Notes under the pieces: generated by a model
What the model was told of the DNA's origin: nothing
The model's database searches: none
What the model saw: the letters and a program-made list of their open reading frames with translations, nothing else
Shown here: positions 26,806-37,659 of the stretch, piece after piece
Layout: each line of letters begins with the position of its first letter
Position numbering within the stretch: position 1 is the stretch's first letter
Program-made: the position numbers and the translations under genes
Assembly (NCBI GenBank): GCA_041672515.1
Contig: JBAYZM010000001.1
Coordinates: 1-37,659, forward strand
DNA: 37,659 nt
DNA from: Arcobacteraceae bacterium
Lineage (GTDB): Bacteria; Campylobacterota; Campylobacteria; Campylobacterales; Arcobacteraceae
Reading direction: 5' to 3'

Positions 26806-28104
26806 ATGTTGGAGAATAAGAATCTTTTAGTAATAGCATATTACTTTCCTCCTATTAAAGCCATTGGTTCCATAAGAACTTATTTTTTAACAAAAAATTT
26901 AATCAAAAAAGATTGGAATATCCTTTTATTTACAACGGGTGGATATAAATTCCTTCAAAATGATAAATTGCTAAATAAGTTGAAAAAAGTTCAATATAAA
27001 TATTTGCCAACTTTTGATTTACAAATGATAAAAAGATTGTTTAATAGGAAGAATTATATAAAAAAAGAAGAAAATAGCGTTTCTTTTCAGAAGTATACTC
27101 AAAAAATATCTTTTTTTAAAAAATTAAGAAATTCATTTCCTTTAAATATTCACTATGAAGGGGGTATTATCTATATATTTTTTGGGATTTTATATGGTAT
27201 TTATTATATAAAAAAGAATAATATCAAATATATTTATTCTACATTTAGTCCTATATCAAATCATATTGTGGCGTATTTTCTTAAATTAATTTATCGTAAT
27301 TGTTATTGGGTTGCAGATTTTAGAGATCTTCCCTTTGGAGATAGTGAAACGGTAATTCTTTTCAGAGCATTGCAAAATAAAATTAATAAAATTATTTTTA
27401 CAAAAACTGATGCAATTGTAGTAGTTAGTGAAGGATTAAAGCATATTTTAGAAAAATATAACCATAACATTGAAATCATTACTAATGGATTTGAATTTGA
27501 GAATCATAATAATGAACCAGGCTTTTGCGAAAAAGAAAAGAACTTCACTATTACTTATACTGGAGCATTATATGGAGGAAAAAGAGATGCAGAAATATTA
27601 TTTAAATCAATTCAAGAATTAAAATATGAAAATAAAATAAAAGATAATATTAAATTAGTTTATGCAGGAACTGATTCTTCAATTTGGGAAATGTGGGCTT
27701 CCAAATACGATATAAAAGAGTGTAGTGATATTAGAGGTGAATTGAGTTTAGAAGATACAAAAGAATTGCAAAGAAATTCGACTGTAAATTTGATGTTAAC
27801 ATGGGCAACCAAAAAAGAGAAAGGGATGTTAACTGGAAAATTTTATGAGTATTTAAGTACAATGAAACCTATTGTATGTTTAATAAATGGAGAAAAGGAC
27901 CCCGAAATAGAAGAAAAATTTAAAAGCATAAATTGTGGATATATATTGTATGAAAATACAATTGAATTAAAACAAGTTATTGAAGAGTTATATAATAAAT
28001 GGGAACAAAATACATTAGTTAATATGTATAATAAAGAAGAATTATTGAAATATACATATAATAATTTATCAATGAAACTAACAAATATATACATGAGCAA
28101 ATAA
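26806..28104 (+). CDS. Glycosyltransferase, GT4-like
   Basis: IAYYFPP, WVADFRD, ITNGF, YTGALY, GKFYEYL. Confidence 0.8.
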   Translation: MLENKNLLVIAYYFPPIKAIGSIRTYFLTKNLIKKDWNILLFTTGGYKFLQNDKLLNKLKKVQYKYLPTFDLQMIKRLFNRKNYIKKEENSVSFQKYTQKISFFKKLRNSFPLNIHYEGGIIYIFFGILYGIYYIKKNNIKYIYSTFSPISNHIVAYFLKLIYRNCYWVADFRDLPFGDSETVILFRALQNKINKIIFTKTDAIVVVSEGLKHILEKYNHNIEIITNGFEFENHNNEPGFCEKEKNFTITYTGALYGGKRDAEILFKSIQELKYENKIKDNIKLVYAGTDSSIWEMWASKYDIKECSDIRGELSLEDTKELQRNSTVNLMLTWATKKEKGMLTGKFYEYLSTMKPIVCLINGEKDPEIEEKFKSINCGYILYENTIELKQVIEELYNKWEQNTLVNMYNKEELLKYTYNNLSMKLTNIYMSK

Positions 28105-29325
28105 ATGTTTTTAGAAAAGAAAATAAATCAGAATTTTACTAATATAGTTATTCTATGTATTATTATGACTATAAATACACAATTAAGGCTGTTTAATTTA
28201 CCATTAGGATTTGGTGAAATTATTTTATTATTACTTGGATTTTATGTAATTTATAGTCAAAATAGTTATGAAGTAATTAAAGAGATATTTAAAAATAAAA
28301 TATTAGTATTGTTTTGGTTACTTTATTTATTAATATTAACTTTAGGAAGCTTATATACAGTTTACGTAGATATACATCTTGAACCAAGAATGATTGTTCA
28401 TGATTATTTAGCATATTTTTTTATACTAATGGTTATAATAATTTTACAATTACAAAATGATTATAAAGAAAATGACTATACAATGCAAAAAACAATTATA
28501 TTTATAGTTATTTTCTTTTCTTTAGTTTTTATTATTCCTCAGTCTTTTTTTGAAACTTTTGGATTAATGAAATATTATGGTGGTGAGGGAGCAAGATTTA
28601 CAGCATTATCAAAAAATCCAAATCAATTATCACTATTGTATTCGCCTATTTTATTTCTAACAATTTACTATTTTAAAGATAAAAGAAGAATTTTATTTGT
28701 ATTATTAATTCTAGAATTAGTAGTAATAACTCAGATAAAAGGGCAGGCTTTATATCTCTCAATTATTTCTGGGGTTATAAGTCTTTTTATATATTATTTA
28801 TGTATAGAGATTCAAAAACGACGGAAGCTAAAATTCTTTTTACTATTTAATTTTATTATTATTCTATGTTTTCTTATTATAGTTGCTTTAGAATACTCAT
28901 TTATTTATAAAATTGTTTTTGATATATTTGTTTCTATTGTTGATGATAGTAGAACTCTTGCATTACATCGTATTACATTATTAATAAATGGTTTCTCAAA
29001 CTTTATGTTATCACCTATTATAGGATTAGGGGGAGGTCCTCACTCTTATTTAGAAATTGTAAATCATACATCAGAAGCACATAATACATTAATTGATATA
29101 TTAACTCAAACAGGGATAATTGGTTTCTTTATGTATATTATACTTTTTTATTATATTGGTAAACATTTAATTAATCAGAAAAAAATATTTTTATTTTCAG
29201 CACTAATTGCGTTATTTGTGTTTTCCCTTTTTCATTTTGTATTAAGGCAACCAATTTTTTGGTTTTATTTATTTTATTTATATAATGAAAGAAAAGGATT
29301 AGAGCTTGTTAAAAAAAATTATTAA
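28105..29325 (+). CDS. O-antigen polymerase / ligase family membrane protein
   Basis: Hydrophobic; R..NPN, PIIGLG, EAHNTLIDILTQTGIIG motif. Confidence 0.8.
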   Translation: MFLEKKINQNFTNIVILCIIMTINTQLRLFNLPLGFGEIILLLLGFYVIYSQNSYEVIKEIFKNKILVLFWLLYLLILTLGSLYTVYVDIHLEPRMIVHDYLAYFFILMVIIILQLQNDYKENDYTMQKTIIFIVIFFSLVFIIPQSFFETFGLMKYYGGEGARFTALSKNPNQLSLLYSPILFLTIYYFKDKRRILFVLLILELVVITQIKGQALYLSIISGVISLFIYYLCIEIQKRRKLKFFLLFNFIIILCFLIIVALEYSFIYKIVFDIFVSIVDDSRTLALHRITLLINGFSNFMLSPIIGLGGGPHSYLEIVNHTSEAHNTLIDILTQTGIIGFFMYIILFYYIGKHLINQKKIFLFSALIALFVFSLFHFVLRQPIFWFYLFYLYNERKGLELVKKNY

Positions 29326-31003
29326 ACTGTTTTCTGAGAAAGAAAAGTTTTTTTTGACTTATCTTATTATTTTTTCAGTTTTTGTTGCAATTATTGAAAC
29401 AGTAGCAGTTGTTGTTATTATGCCATTTATATCAGTTGCAACAGATTTTAATAAAATTTCTGAAAATAAGTATTTTAGTTTATTTTATAACTTTTTTGGG
29501 TTTTCAAATGAAATAAACTTTGTTCTTGCCTTTGGTGTAGGGTTAATCTTTTTTTATTCTTTTAGAGGAATAATTAATCTGTTATATTTTTATTTGCTAT
29601 CAAAATTCTCAAAAGGTATGACACATAATTTATCACTCATGCTTTTTCAACATTATATGAATTTACCATATCAACAATTTATATCTAGAAATAGCAGTGA
29701 ATTGACAAAAATTATTATTAATGAAACTCAATATTTAACAGTCATGATATCAGCCGTTTTACTCATGATAAGTGAGGTTTTCATTGTTTTATTAATTTAT
29801 TCTATAATGTTGTATATCAATTGGGAAACAACAATTATAATAACCATTTTTTTACTAGTGAATTTTATTTTTGTAGTTCGAATTATTTCACAAAAAGTGA
29901 AATTTCAAGGAACGTCAAGAGAAAGTTTTCAAAGACAATTTCATGAGATAATTAATAGTTCATTTGGTAATTATAAAATGATAAAGCTTCAATCAAATGA
30001 TAGAATTTTATTAAATTGTTTTAAAGAATCAAGTTATGGTTTTGCAAGAGCAAATATAATTTCAGAAGTTTTATTTCATATTCCAAGACTTTTATTAGAA
30101 ACGATAGGCTTTGTTTTAGTTTCCATGATAGTTGTTCTTTTGATATATATAAATAATGAAAATATATCAAATCATTTAGGCATACTTTCGATGTTTATTT
30201 TGGGTCTTTACCGATTAATGCCATCAGCCAATAGAATCATTAATGGATATCATCATGTACAATTTAATCATAAAGCTTTTGAATTGATTTATAATGATTT
30301 ATTGAATAATGGAGAAAATCTTGGTTACGAAGAGATTAGTTTTAAAAAAAGAATTTATTTACGTAATATAGACTTTGAATATAGCAAGAATAAAAAAGTA
30401 GTTGAAAATATTGATTTATTAATTGAAAAGGGTGAAAAAATAGCCTTCATTGGAGCTAGTGGGAGTGGAAAGAGTACATTAGTAGATATAATAATTGGAC
30501 TTTATAAACCTACAAATGGTCAAATGGTAGTAGATGATATTAGAGTAGATGAATCAAATGTAAGAAGTTGGAGAAATAAAGTAGGATATATTCCACAAAG
30601 TGTTTATTTGTTTGATGGTACCGTTGCAGATAATGTATCTTTTGGTTTGGAATATAATGAAGAAAGAATTAAAAATGTTTTATCAACAGCAAAAATACTT
30701 GAATTCCTAGAAATATATCAAAATGGAATAGATACTTTTGTAGGAGAGGGGGGCGTTAAATTAAGTGGAGGACAAAAACAACGTATAGCTATAGCCAGAG
30801 CATTATATAGAGAACCAGAAATATTAGTTCTTGATGAGGCAACTTCTGCACTTGATGAAGCTATAGAAAAAGAAATAATGGATGAAATTTATAATCTTAG
30901 CCAAGATAAAACATTAATTATTATTGCACATAGATTAAGTACAATAAAGAACTGCAATAAAATTTATACAATTGAAAATAAAAAAGTTAGGTTAATCAAA
31001 TAA
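29306..31003 (+). CDS. ABC transporter, fused TM + ATPase (PglK/WlaB-like flippase)
   Basis: YRLMPSANRI, GASGSGKS, LSGGQKQRIAIARA, LDEATSALD, IAHRLST. Confidence 0.88.
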   Translation: MLKKIIKLFSEKEKFFLTYLIIFSVFVAIIETVAVVVIMPFISVATDFNKISENKYFSLFYNFFGFSNEINFVLAFGVGLIFFYSFRGIINLLYFYLLSKFSKGMTHNLSLMLFQHYMNLPYQQFISRNSSELTKIIINETQYLTVMISAVLLMISEVFIVLLIYSIMLYINWETTIIITIFLLVNFIFVVRIISQKVKFQGTSRESFQRQFHEIINSSFGNYKMIKLQSNDRILLNCFKESSYGFARANIISEVLFHIPRLLLETIGFVLVSMIVVLLIYINNENISNHLGILSMFILGLYRLMPSANRIINGYHHVQFNHKAFELIYNDLLNNGENLGYEEISFKKRIYLRNIDFEYSKNKKVVENIDLLIEKGEKIAFIGASGSGKSTLVDIIIGLYKPTNGQMVVDDIRVDESNVRSWRNKVGYIPQSVYLFDGTVADNVSFGLEYNEERIKNVLSTAKILEFLEIYQNGIDTFVGEGGVKLSGGQKQRIAIARALYREPEILVLDEATSALDEAIEKEIMDEIYNLSQDKTLIIIAHRLSTIKNCNKIYTIENKKVRLIK

Positions 31004-32802
31004 TGTGTGGAATAGCAGGAGCGATTAATTATAAAAGGTTTGACTTACAGAAAATAAAAGAAAGTTTGTTTCATCGTGGTCCAGATGAACAATCTAGTTA
31101 TAACTATAAAAATATTGAATTAATCCATACAAGACTTTCTATTCAAGATATTTCTCATGGTCATCAGCCATTTCACTTTGGACACTACACAATAGTTTTT
31201 AACGGAGAGATATACAATCATCTTGAACTAAAAAATGAGCTAAGTGAGTTTGAATTTCAAACTACATCTGATACTGAAACACTTTTATACCTGTATATAA
31301 AATATAAAGAAAAAATGTTTGAGAAACTTGATGGAATGTTTGCTTTTTGTATTTTAAATAAAGAAACCAATCAACTCATCCTTGCAAGAGACAGAGCGGG
31401 TAAAAAACCACTTTATTTGTATCAAGATGGACAAACTGTTTTATTTGCAAGTGAACTTAATGCTATAAAAGCAGGGATTACAAATCTAAAAATAAATGAA
31501 ACAGCGATAGAGTCATATTTGCGATGTGGCTTTTTCTTTAAAGAATTTACAGCCTATGAAAATGTAATAGCCTTAGAATCAGGATATCTTTATGCGATTG
31601 ATATAGAGAGTTTAAAAATTCAACAACAACCATATTTTGACATAAAGAATTATTATAAAGAAACAACAAATTTAACTTTTGAACAATCATTACAAAAAGT
31701 AGATGAACTGTTACACCGAAGTATCAAAGACAGATTAGAATCATCAGATTTGGAAGTGGGGGCTTTTTTAAGTGGTGGGATAGATAGTTCTTTAATCGTA
31801 GCAATAGCAAGTGAGTATAAACAAAACCTTAAAACTTTTACTGTGAAGTTTGATGGGGCTTACGATGAATCACATTTAGCAAAACTTACAGCACAAAAAT
31901 ATAATACAACTCATCATGAACTATCAATTTCTATGAATCTAAAAGATGATATAGAAAAGATATTATTTAACTATGGACAGCCTTTTATGGATAGCAGCGC
32001 AATCCCCAGTTACTATGTATCAAAAGAGGCTAAAAAATATGTAACAGTAATACTTAATGGAGATGGGGCAGATGAGCTTTTTGGTGGTTATAGAAGGTAT
32101 GTACCAACAGCAAATGGTTTGATAGATATTGCTAGTAAATTTTCTTTTTTAACTAAAATACTTCCAAAACCACACAATAAAAAATCCTTATACAACTATG
32201 GATATAGACTTCTATCAATGGCAAAAAGGCAAGGACTTGAATTTTATTTAAGTAGTACTAACGACATATTTGAAGATGAATATCAATTTAAAGAAAATCA
32301 AATAAATATGCAAATGAATAAATATATAAATAGTGTTGAACTTGAATCTTTATCGAAAATGCTTTATCTTGATTTTAATTTAATTTTGTTCAGTGATTTA
32401 CTCATAAAAATGGATATAGCTACAATGAGTCAATCATTAGAAGGAAGAAGTCCATTTTTAAGTAAGTATATGCTTGAATTTGTCCCCACTTTGAAAAATG
32501 AGTATAAAATAAAACGAGGTTCAACGAAGTATATCTTAAGAGAGTTATCAAAGAAATATTTACACCGTGAGTTGATAACGCAACCTAAAAGAGGATTTGA
32601 AGTACCACTGAAAAAATGGATAGAAAATGATCTTAAAGAAAATATTTTTGATAGTTTAAATAATAATAGTTATTCCAGCCAATTTATAGAGCAACGATTT
32701 ATTGGTGATTTATTATCAAAGAGATTAAACATTTCAGATGAAAAAAGAGCTAAAATGCTTTGGACGATGTATTGCTTAGAAGTTTGGAAGAAAAAACAAT
32801 GA
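31003..32802 (+). CDS. Asparagine-synthase-like amidotransferase, copy 2
   Basis: MCGIAG, HRGPD, NGEIYNH, LSGGIDSS, GDGADELFGGY, EGRSPFL. Confidence 0.92.
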   Translation: MCGIAGAINYKRFDLQKIKESLFHRGPDEQSSYNYKNIELIHTRLSIQDISHGHQPFHFGHYTIVFNGEIYNHLELKNELSEFEFQTTSDTETLLYLYIKYKEKMFEKLDGMFAFCILNKETNQLILARDRAGKKPLYLYQDGQTVLFASELNAIKAGITNLKINETAIESYLRCGFFFKEFTAYENVIALESGYLYAIDIESLKIQQQPYFDIKNYYKETTNLTFEQSLQKVDELLHRSIKDRLESSDLEVGAFLSGGIDSSLIVAIASEYKQNLKTFTVKFDGAYDESHLAKLTAQKYNTTHHELSISMNLKDDIEKILFNYGQPFMDSSAIPSYYVSKEAKKYVTVILNGDGADELFGGYRRYVPTANGLIDIASKFSFLTKILPKPHNKKSLYNYGYRLLSMAKRQGLEFYLSSTNDIFEDEYQFKENQINMQMNKYINSVELESLSKMLYLDFNLILFSDLLIKMDIATMSQSLEGRSPFLSKYMLEFVPTLKNEYKIKRGSTKYILRELSKKYLHRELITQPKRGFEVPLKKWIENDLKENIFDSLNNNSYSSQFIEQRFIGDLLSKRLNISDEKRAKMLWTMYCLEVWKKKQ

Positions 32803-33911
32803 GTCAAAAAATAGCCTTTTTATCGCATCTCGATTTAAATCTTTTTCTTTTTCGTTTGCCTATTATGCAAGCATTGGTTCAAAAAGGTTATATAGTGTAT
32901 GCGATTTGTCCAAGAGGAGAGAAATTTGATGAGTTTGAAAAGTATGGTATTAAAGCTCTAGAGTACAAAATAAAAAGGCAAAGCCTTAATCCTTTTAAAG
33001 AATTAGGCACCATACGAAACATCTATAGAGTGATTAAACCTTTGAAACTGGATATATTACAAAACTTTACAGCAAAACCAAATATATATGGTTCAATAGT
33101 AGGACATTTAGCAAAAATCCCTTTAATAGTAAATGCGGTTACAGGGTTGGGAAGTTTTTATATTGAAGAGAGTAAAAAAGCAAAAACAGTAAAAAAAGTG
33201 ATGAATACACTCTATAAAGAAGCCAATAAAAAAGCACACTACTGTGTTTTCCAAAACAGTGATGATAGGCAGTATTTTATTGATAAAAAATTAGTAAAAA
33301 AAGAAAAAGCAATACTCATAAAAAGTTCAGGAATTGACACACAAATTTTTTCATCCACATCCTACTACTCATCTCACATTACTCATCACTCACCTCTTAC
33401 CATACTTATGATAGCAAGAGGAATATGGCATAAAGGGATTAAAGAGTATTACGAAGCTGCAGAGATTTTAAAAAATAAAGATCTAAAGTTTATATTAATT
33501 GGTGATACGGATGAGGGAAATATCTCTTGTGCAAGTAAGAGTTTTTTAAATAGTGGAAATGTAAAATGGCTAGGACATAAAGATAATATAAAAGAACAGA
33601 TAGAGAAGTGTGATATATTTGTATTACCAAGCTACAGAGAAGGAGTTCCAAGGACACTTCTTGAAGCTGCATCGATGGGAAAACCAATAGTAACTACAGA
33701 TGCTGTAGGATGCAAAGAAGTGGTTGATGATGGGGTCAATGGTTTTTTAGTACCTGTAAAAGACAGTAAAACTTTAGCAGAAAAGATTAATCTTTTAGTA
33801 AATAGTAGTGAGTTAAGAGAAGAAATGGGCAAACAAAGTAGAATAAAAGCTCAAAATGAGTTTGATATAAATGTTATCGTTCAACAGTATTTAGAGGTTT
33901 ATGATGCTTAA
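32799..33911 (+). CDS. GT4 glycosyltransferase (PglA-like)
   Basis: [32 protein letters not shown]; ATG 32799 overlaps the previous TGA. Confidence 0.88.
   Translation: MSQKIAFLSHLDLNLFLFRLPIMQALVQKGYIVYAICPRGEKFDEFEKYGIKALEYKIKRQSLNPFKELGTIRNIYRVIKPLKLDILQNFTAKPNIYGSIVGHLAKIPLIVNAVTGLGSFYIEESKKAKTVKKVMNTLYKEANKKAHYCVFQNSDDRQYFIDKKLVKKEKAILIKSSGIDTQIFSSTSYYSSHITHHSPLTILMIARGIWHKGIKEYYEAAEILKNKDLKFILIGDTDEGNISCASKSFLNSGNVKWLGHKDNIKEQIEKCDIFVLPSYREGVPRTLLEAASMGKPIVTTDAVGCKEVVDDGVNGFLVPVKDSKTLAEKINLLVNSSELREEMGKQSRIKAQNEFDINVIVQQYLEVYDA
33351..33399 (+). repeat. Degenerate heptamer array, TCACTCA family, in frame in the PglA-like gene
   Basis: tcatcca catccta ctactca tctcaca ttactca tcactca cctctta; encodes [16 protein letters not shown]; C-rich against an AT-rich background. 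Confidence 0.8.
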
Positions 33912-34497
33912 ATCAATATTTGACAAGTTTTTGGCACTTTTTTTAATCATACTTTTTTTACCTATCTATATTGTGCTAAGTTTACTTATATTGTTGAAGA
34001 TAGGAAGACCAATTTTATTCAAACAAAAAAGACCAGGGTATAAAGAAAAAATCTTTGGAATCTATAAGTTTCGTACTATGAGCAATGAGAAAGATGAGAA
34101 TGGGAATTTATTACCCGATGAACAAAGACTTATTGGAATTGGTAAATTTATACGAAGTACGAGTTTAGATGAACTTCCTCAGCTTTTTAATGTACTTAAA
34201 GGTGAAATGAGCTTTGTCGGTCCTCGTCCACTTTTGATTGAGTATTTAGAGGTTTATAACAATGAACAAAAAAGAAGACACTCTGTCTTACCTGGTATCA
34301 CAGGATGGGCACAAGTCAATGGTCGAAATGCTATAACTTGGGAGCAAAAATTTACGTATGATGTATGGTACGTAGATAATCAATCATTTTTATTGGATAT
34401 AAAGATATTATGGATGACGTTTTTAAAAGTAATAAAAAGAAGTGATATAAGCTCATCTACAAGTATCACTATGGAAAAATTTACAGGAAGCAAGTAA
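33901..34497 (+). CDS. pglC: Monotopic phosphoglycosyl transferase (PglC-like)
   Basis: [47 protein letters not shown]. Confidence 0.9.
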   Translation: MMLKSIFDKFLALFLIILFLPIYIVLSLLILLKIGRPILFKQKRPGYKEKIFGIYKFRTMSNEKDENGNLLPDEQRLIGIGKFIRSTSLDELPQLFNVLKGEMSFVGPRPLLIEYLEVYNNEQKRRHSVLPGITGWAQVNGRNAITWEQKFTYDVWYVDNQSFLLDIKILWMTFLKVIKRSDISSSTSITMEKFTGSK

Positions 34498-35096
34498 TGA
34501 AAAGTATATATATTTATGGTGCTAGTGGACATGGGTTTGTTGTAGCAGATATTGCAAGAACTTGTGGATATGATGATATTATTTTTATAGATGATGGACA
34601 AAATAGTTATCCAACATTTGATGACATAAAAAATAATAATTATATTCCTATTGTATTTGGAATAGGTAGCAACACAAGAAGAAGTAAGCTTTTTGATAAA
34701 GTAAAAATGAGTGGTTTTGAAGTAGTTAGTTTGATACATCCAAGTAGCATAATCTCATCAAGTGTTACTATTGGTGTTGGAACTGTAGTAATGCCAAATG
34801 TTGTAATCAACGCGAAAGCTGTAATTGGAGATGGAGTCATACTTAATACTGCAAGTATCATAGAACATGAATGTTTAATAGAAGATTTTGTCCATATATC
34901 ACCCAATGTAGCACTCGCTGGGAATGTAAAAGTAGGTAAATTTACTCATATTGGAATAGGTTCTTGTGTAATTCAGGGAATAATCATTGGCAAAAACTCT
35001 GTTATTGGAGCAGGTTCAGTTGTAATAAAACATATAGACAATAAAATAAAAGCTTATGGAAATCCATGCAAAGAAGTAGAGGATATAAATGAATAA
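34497..35096 (+). CDS. pglD: UDP-4-amino-sugar N-acetyltransferase (PglD/NeuD-like)
   Basis: YGASGHG, LIHPS, IEHEC, HISP, hexapeptide repeats; between pglC-like and pglE-like genes. Confidence 0.85.
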   Translation: MKSIYIYGASGHGFVVADIARTCGYDDIIFIDDGQNSYPTFDDIKNNNYIPIVFGIGSNTRRSKLFDKVKMSGFEVVSLIHPSSIISSSVTIGVGTVVMPNVVINAKAVIGDGVILNTASIIEHECLIEDFVHISPNVALAGNVKVGKFTHIGIGSCVIQGIIIGKNSVIGAGSVVIKHIDNKIKAYGNPCKEVEDINE

Positions 35097-36204
35097 AAGA
35101 ATTTTTTTAAGTGCGCCCCATATGAGTGGAAATGAATTAAACTATATAGAAAAAGTATTTGAAAGTAACTATATTGCTCCATTAGGTGCTTATGTAAATA
35201 AGTTTGAAGAGAGTATCAAAGAGTATACTGGTACGTCGAATGCTTTAGCTGTTACAAGTGGAACAGCAGCTATCCATTTAGCTTTAAGAATTTTAGGTAT
35301 TGGGAAAGATGATGAGGTATTAGCTTCTTCATTTACATTTATTGGTTCAGTTAATGCAATACTTTACCAAGGAGCAAAACCAGTTTTTATAGACAGTGAT
35401 AAAGAATCATGGAATTTATCACCAAAACTTTTAAATAAATATCTCTGTGAGTGTGATAAAAAACCTAAAGCGCTAATAGTTACCCATTTATATGGACAAT
35501 GCGCAAATATCGAAAAAATAGCTGATATATGTAGGCTTCATGGTGTTTATCTGATAGAAGATGCAGCAGAAAGCCTTGGTGCGACTTATAATGGTAAACA
35601 TTCAGGAACATTTGGCGATTTTGGTATATATAGTTTTAATGGCAATAAAATATTAACTACAAGTGGTGGTGGGATGCTTGTAAGTAATAATAAAGAGTGG
35701 ATTGAAAAAGCGAAATTTTACTCTACACAAGCAAAAGAGCCTTTTATTCACTATGAACATTTAGAATATGGATACAATTATCGTATGAGTAATGTTCTTG
35801 CAGCTATTGGCGTTGCTCAAATGGAAGTTATAGAAAAACGGGTGCAGAAAAAAAGAGAGATTTTTGAATGGTATAAAGAGTTTTTAGGACATATTAAAGA
35901 GATAACTTTTATGCCAGAACTTGAAAATAGTCGTGGTAATAGATGGCTTACTGCTTTGACTTTTAAACAAACCGATTACAATAAAATTATGAAAGTGCTT
36001 GAAGAGGTTAACGTAGAATCTCGTCCACTTTGGAAGCCTATGCATATGCAAAAATTGTTTGAAACTTCAAAGAGTATTATTGATGGTACAAGTGAAGAAC
36101 TTTTTAATCATGGAATTTGCGTAGCAAGTAGCACTTCTATGACAATTGAAGATGTGAAAATGATATGTGATGTTATAATTAATACTTTGGAAAACGATGC
36201 TTAG
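35089..36204 (+). CDS. pglE: UDP-4-keto-6-deoxy-GlcNAc aminotransferase (PglE-like)
   Basis: [53 protein letters not shown]. Confidence 0.88.
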   Translation: MNKRIFLSAPHMSGNELNYIEKVFESNYIAPLGAYVNKFEESIKEYTGTSNALAVTSGTAAIHLALRILGIGKDDEVLASSFTFIGSVNAILYQGAKPVFIDSDKESWNLSPKLLNKYLCECDKKPKALIVTHLYGQCANIEKIADICRLHGVYLIEDAAESLGATYNGKHSGTFGDFGIYSFNGNKILTTSGGGMLVSNNKEWIEKAKFYSTQAKEPFIHYEHLEYGYNYRMSNVLAAIGVAQMEVIEKRVQKKREIFEWYKEFLGHIKEITFMPELENSRGNRWLTALTFKQTDYNKIMKVLEEVNVESRPLWKPMHMQKLFETSKSIIDGTSEELFNHGICVASSTSMTIEDVKMICDVIINTLENDA

Positions 36205-37659
36205 AATAGACAAACGAATACTCAACTTTTTAGTCATAACCGTGTTGACGGTAATCACCTTTTGGTGGACATTTTTCATTTTTCACCAAGATATGATATG
36301 GGAAGTAGTCGCTTTTGCTTTGGGAGTTAGAATTTTAGCTTCCATTTTTATTTTTAAAGATTACAGTTTAAGTTGGAGCAAAGCAACAACGCGAACTTTT
36401 TTAATAAAAACAGTGGTTTATTTTGTAGCATTTATTGTGTATGCTCCTTTTTTATATGGCAAAGTGCGTTTTGCTCTTTTGGCTTCTGAAGCGGCTTTTT
36501 ACTTATTGGCAATTACTTTTTTGATGTATGCCTATCATTTTATTATGAACCGAAATACAATTTATAAAAATAAAATAGCAGTCATTTATGGTGCAGGAAA
36601 AGCTGGGATAAAACTTGAAGAAGAGTTTAGAAACAGTGCATTTAAAGTCAAATATTTTGTGGATGATGACCCCATTTTACAAAAAAGAAGTATTGATGGG
36701 GTTAAGATTATTTCTAAAGATGAGTTAAAACGTATTATTCAAAAACAAAAAAAATATGAGCTTTTGGTTATTGCAATGCCAAGTACAAACACAAAAAGAA
36801 TCCAAGAAATCTATGAGAAATTAAATCCTTATTTTAAAGTGATTAAAATTCTTCCCTCGTTAGAACAAATACTTCAAGACAAAGATTTCTCAACCCAGCT
36901 TAAAGACATTTCAGTCGAAGATTTATTGGCACGACATCCTAAAGATTTAGACAAAGTACTCATTGAAAGTTTTATTAAAGATAAAGTGGTACTAATTACA
37001 GGTGCGGGGGGAAGCATTGGAAGTGAAATTAGCAGACAATGTATCCATTTTAAAGCCAAACAGCTTATTTTGCTTGATCACAGTGAGTTTAACTTATACA
37101 CCATTGCTGAAGAATTGGCTGTATATAAACCTATCTTAGTCATGCAATCCGTCGTCAACAAAGAGTTATTGGACAAAACCTTTGAAAAATATAAACCCGA
37201 TATTGTTATACACGCAGCTGCATACAAACATGTGCCTTTGGTTGAAGATAATATTACAGAAGCGATTATGAACAATATTATTGGAACAAAAAACAGTATT
37301 GATTGCGCCATTAAACATCAAGTCAAAAAGTTTGTCTTAATTTCAACCGATAAAGCTGTTCGTCCAACCAACGTTATGGGAACAACAAAAAGAATTTGTG
37401 AATTGTATGCTCAAAATATTAATACACCAGAAAATACAGAAATAGTTGCTGTTCGATTTGGAAATGTTTTAGGAAGCAGCGGAAGTGTTATTCCGAAGTT
37501 TAAATCCCAAATAGAACAAGGGAAAAATATAACGGTCACTCATCCGGATATTACTCGATATTTCATGCTTATCCCAGAAGCATGCGAGTTAGTTTTGCAA
37601 GCCGCAAGTATTGGAAAAGGGGGCGAAATTTTTATTTTAGATATGGGAGAACCTATCAA
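36197..37659 (+). CDS. pglF: Membrane-bound UDP-GlcNAc 4,6-dehydratase (PglF/CapD-like), 3' end outside window
   Basis: Absent from the ORF track. ATG 36197 reads [11 protein letters not shown]; in-frame [18 protein letters not shown] (G at 37001), [44 protein letters not shown]. Confidence 0.9.
   Translation, partial: MLRIDKRILNFLVITVLTVITFWWTFFIFHQDMIWEVVAFALGVRILASIFIFKDYSLSWSKATTRTFLIKTVVYFVAFIVYAPFLYGKVRFALLASEAAFYLLAITFLMYAYHFIMNRNTIYKNKIAVIYGAGKAGIKLEEEFRNSAFKVKYFVDDDPILQKRSIDGVKIISKDELKRIIQKQKKYELLVIAMPSTNTKRIQEIYEKLNPYFKVIKILPSLEQILQDKDFSTQLKDISVEDLLARHPKDLDKVLIESFIKDKVVLITGAGGSIGSEISRQCIHFKAKQLILLDHSEFNLYTIAEELAVYKPILVMQSVVNKELLDKTFEKYKPDIVIHAAAYKHVPLVEDNITEAIMNNIIGTKNSIDCAIKHQVKKFVLISTDKAVRPTNVMGTTKRICELYAQNINTPENTEIVAVRFGNVLGSSGSVIPKFKSQIEQGKNITVTHPDITRYFMLIPEACELVLQAASIGKGGEIFILDMGEPI

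Noticed and set aside
1542-37311. All short minus-strand ORFs and the nested + ORF at 10241-10486
   Set aside because: They lie within or overlap well-supported + strand genes (including the untracked pglF-like gene) and show no recognisable motifs.
1-37659. Transposase, integrase, invertase, tRNA
   Set aside because: No ORF with such motifs and no tRNA-like sequence recognised; coding density leaves almost no room.

Overview
AT-rich, single-orientation (+ strand) surface-glycan biosynthesis locus, most consistent with a Campylobacterota genome (Arcobacter/Sulfurimonas-like; inferred from gene families and composition only). Order: 3' end of cysC, cysQ, SLC13/TrkA-C permease, MarR-type EPS-associated regulator, a wbpA-wbpB-[four-helix-bundle gene]-wbpD-wbpE diamino-uronic acid pathway, then LhgO-like oxidase, epimerase, aminotransferase, AsnB-like amidotransferase and methyltransferase. 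Next come an amidotransferase-HisH-HisF trio, a deacetylase-like gene, a frameshifted LpxD-like acyltransferase, KAS III, ACP, an APS-reductase-like gene, a membrane protein, 2-epimerase, Wzx, a second HisF/amidotransferase pair, GT, Wzy-like gene, PglK-like ABC flippase, a second AsnB-like gene, and a pglA/C/D/E/F-like block running off the end. The most unusual signal is a system of 7-nt-period repeat arrays of about 5 units each. An AAACTAA family brackets the four-helix-bundle (23S-IVP/Avd-like) gene as a 25/28-bp inverted repeat. It recurs in frame through the three downstream genes, with stop codons avoided. Three other heptamer families occur in frame in wbpA and the pglA-like gene. All product calls are from motif recognition, not database searches.
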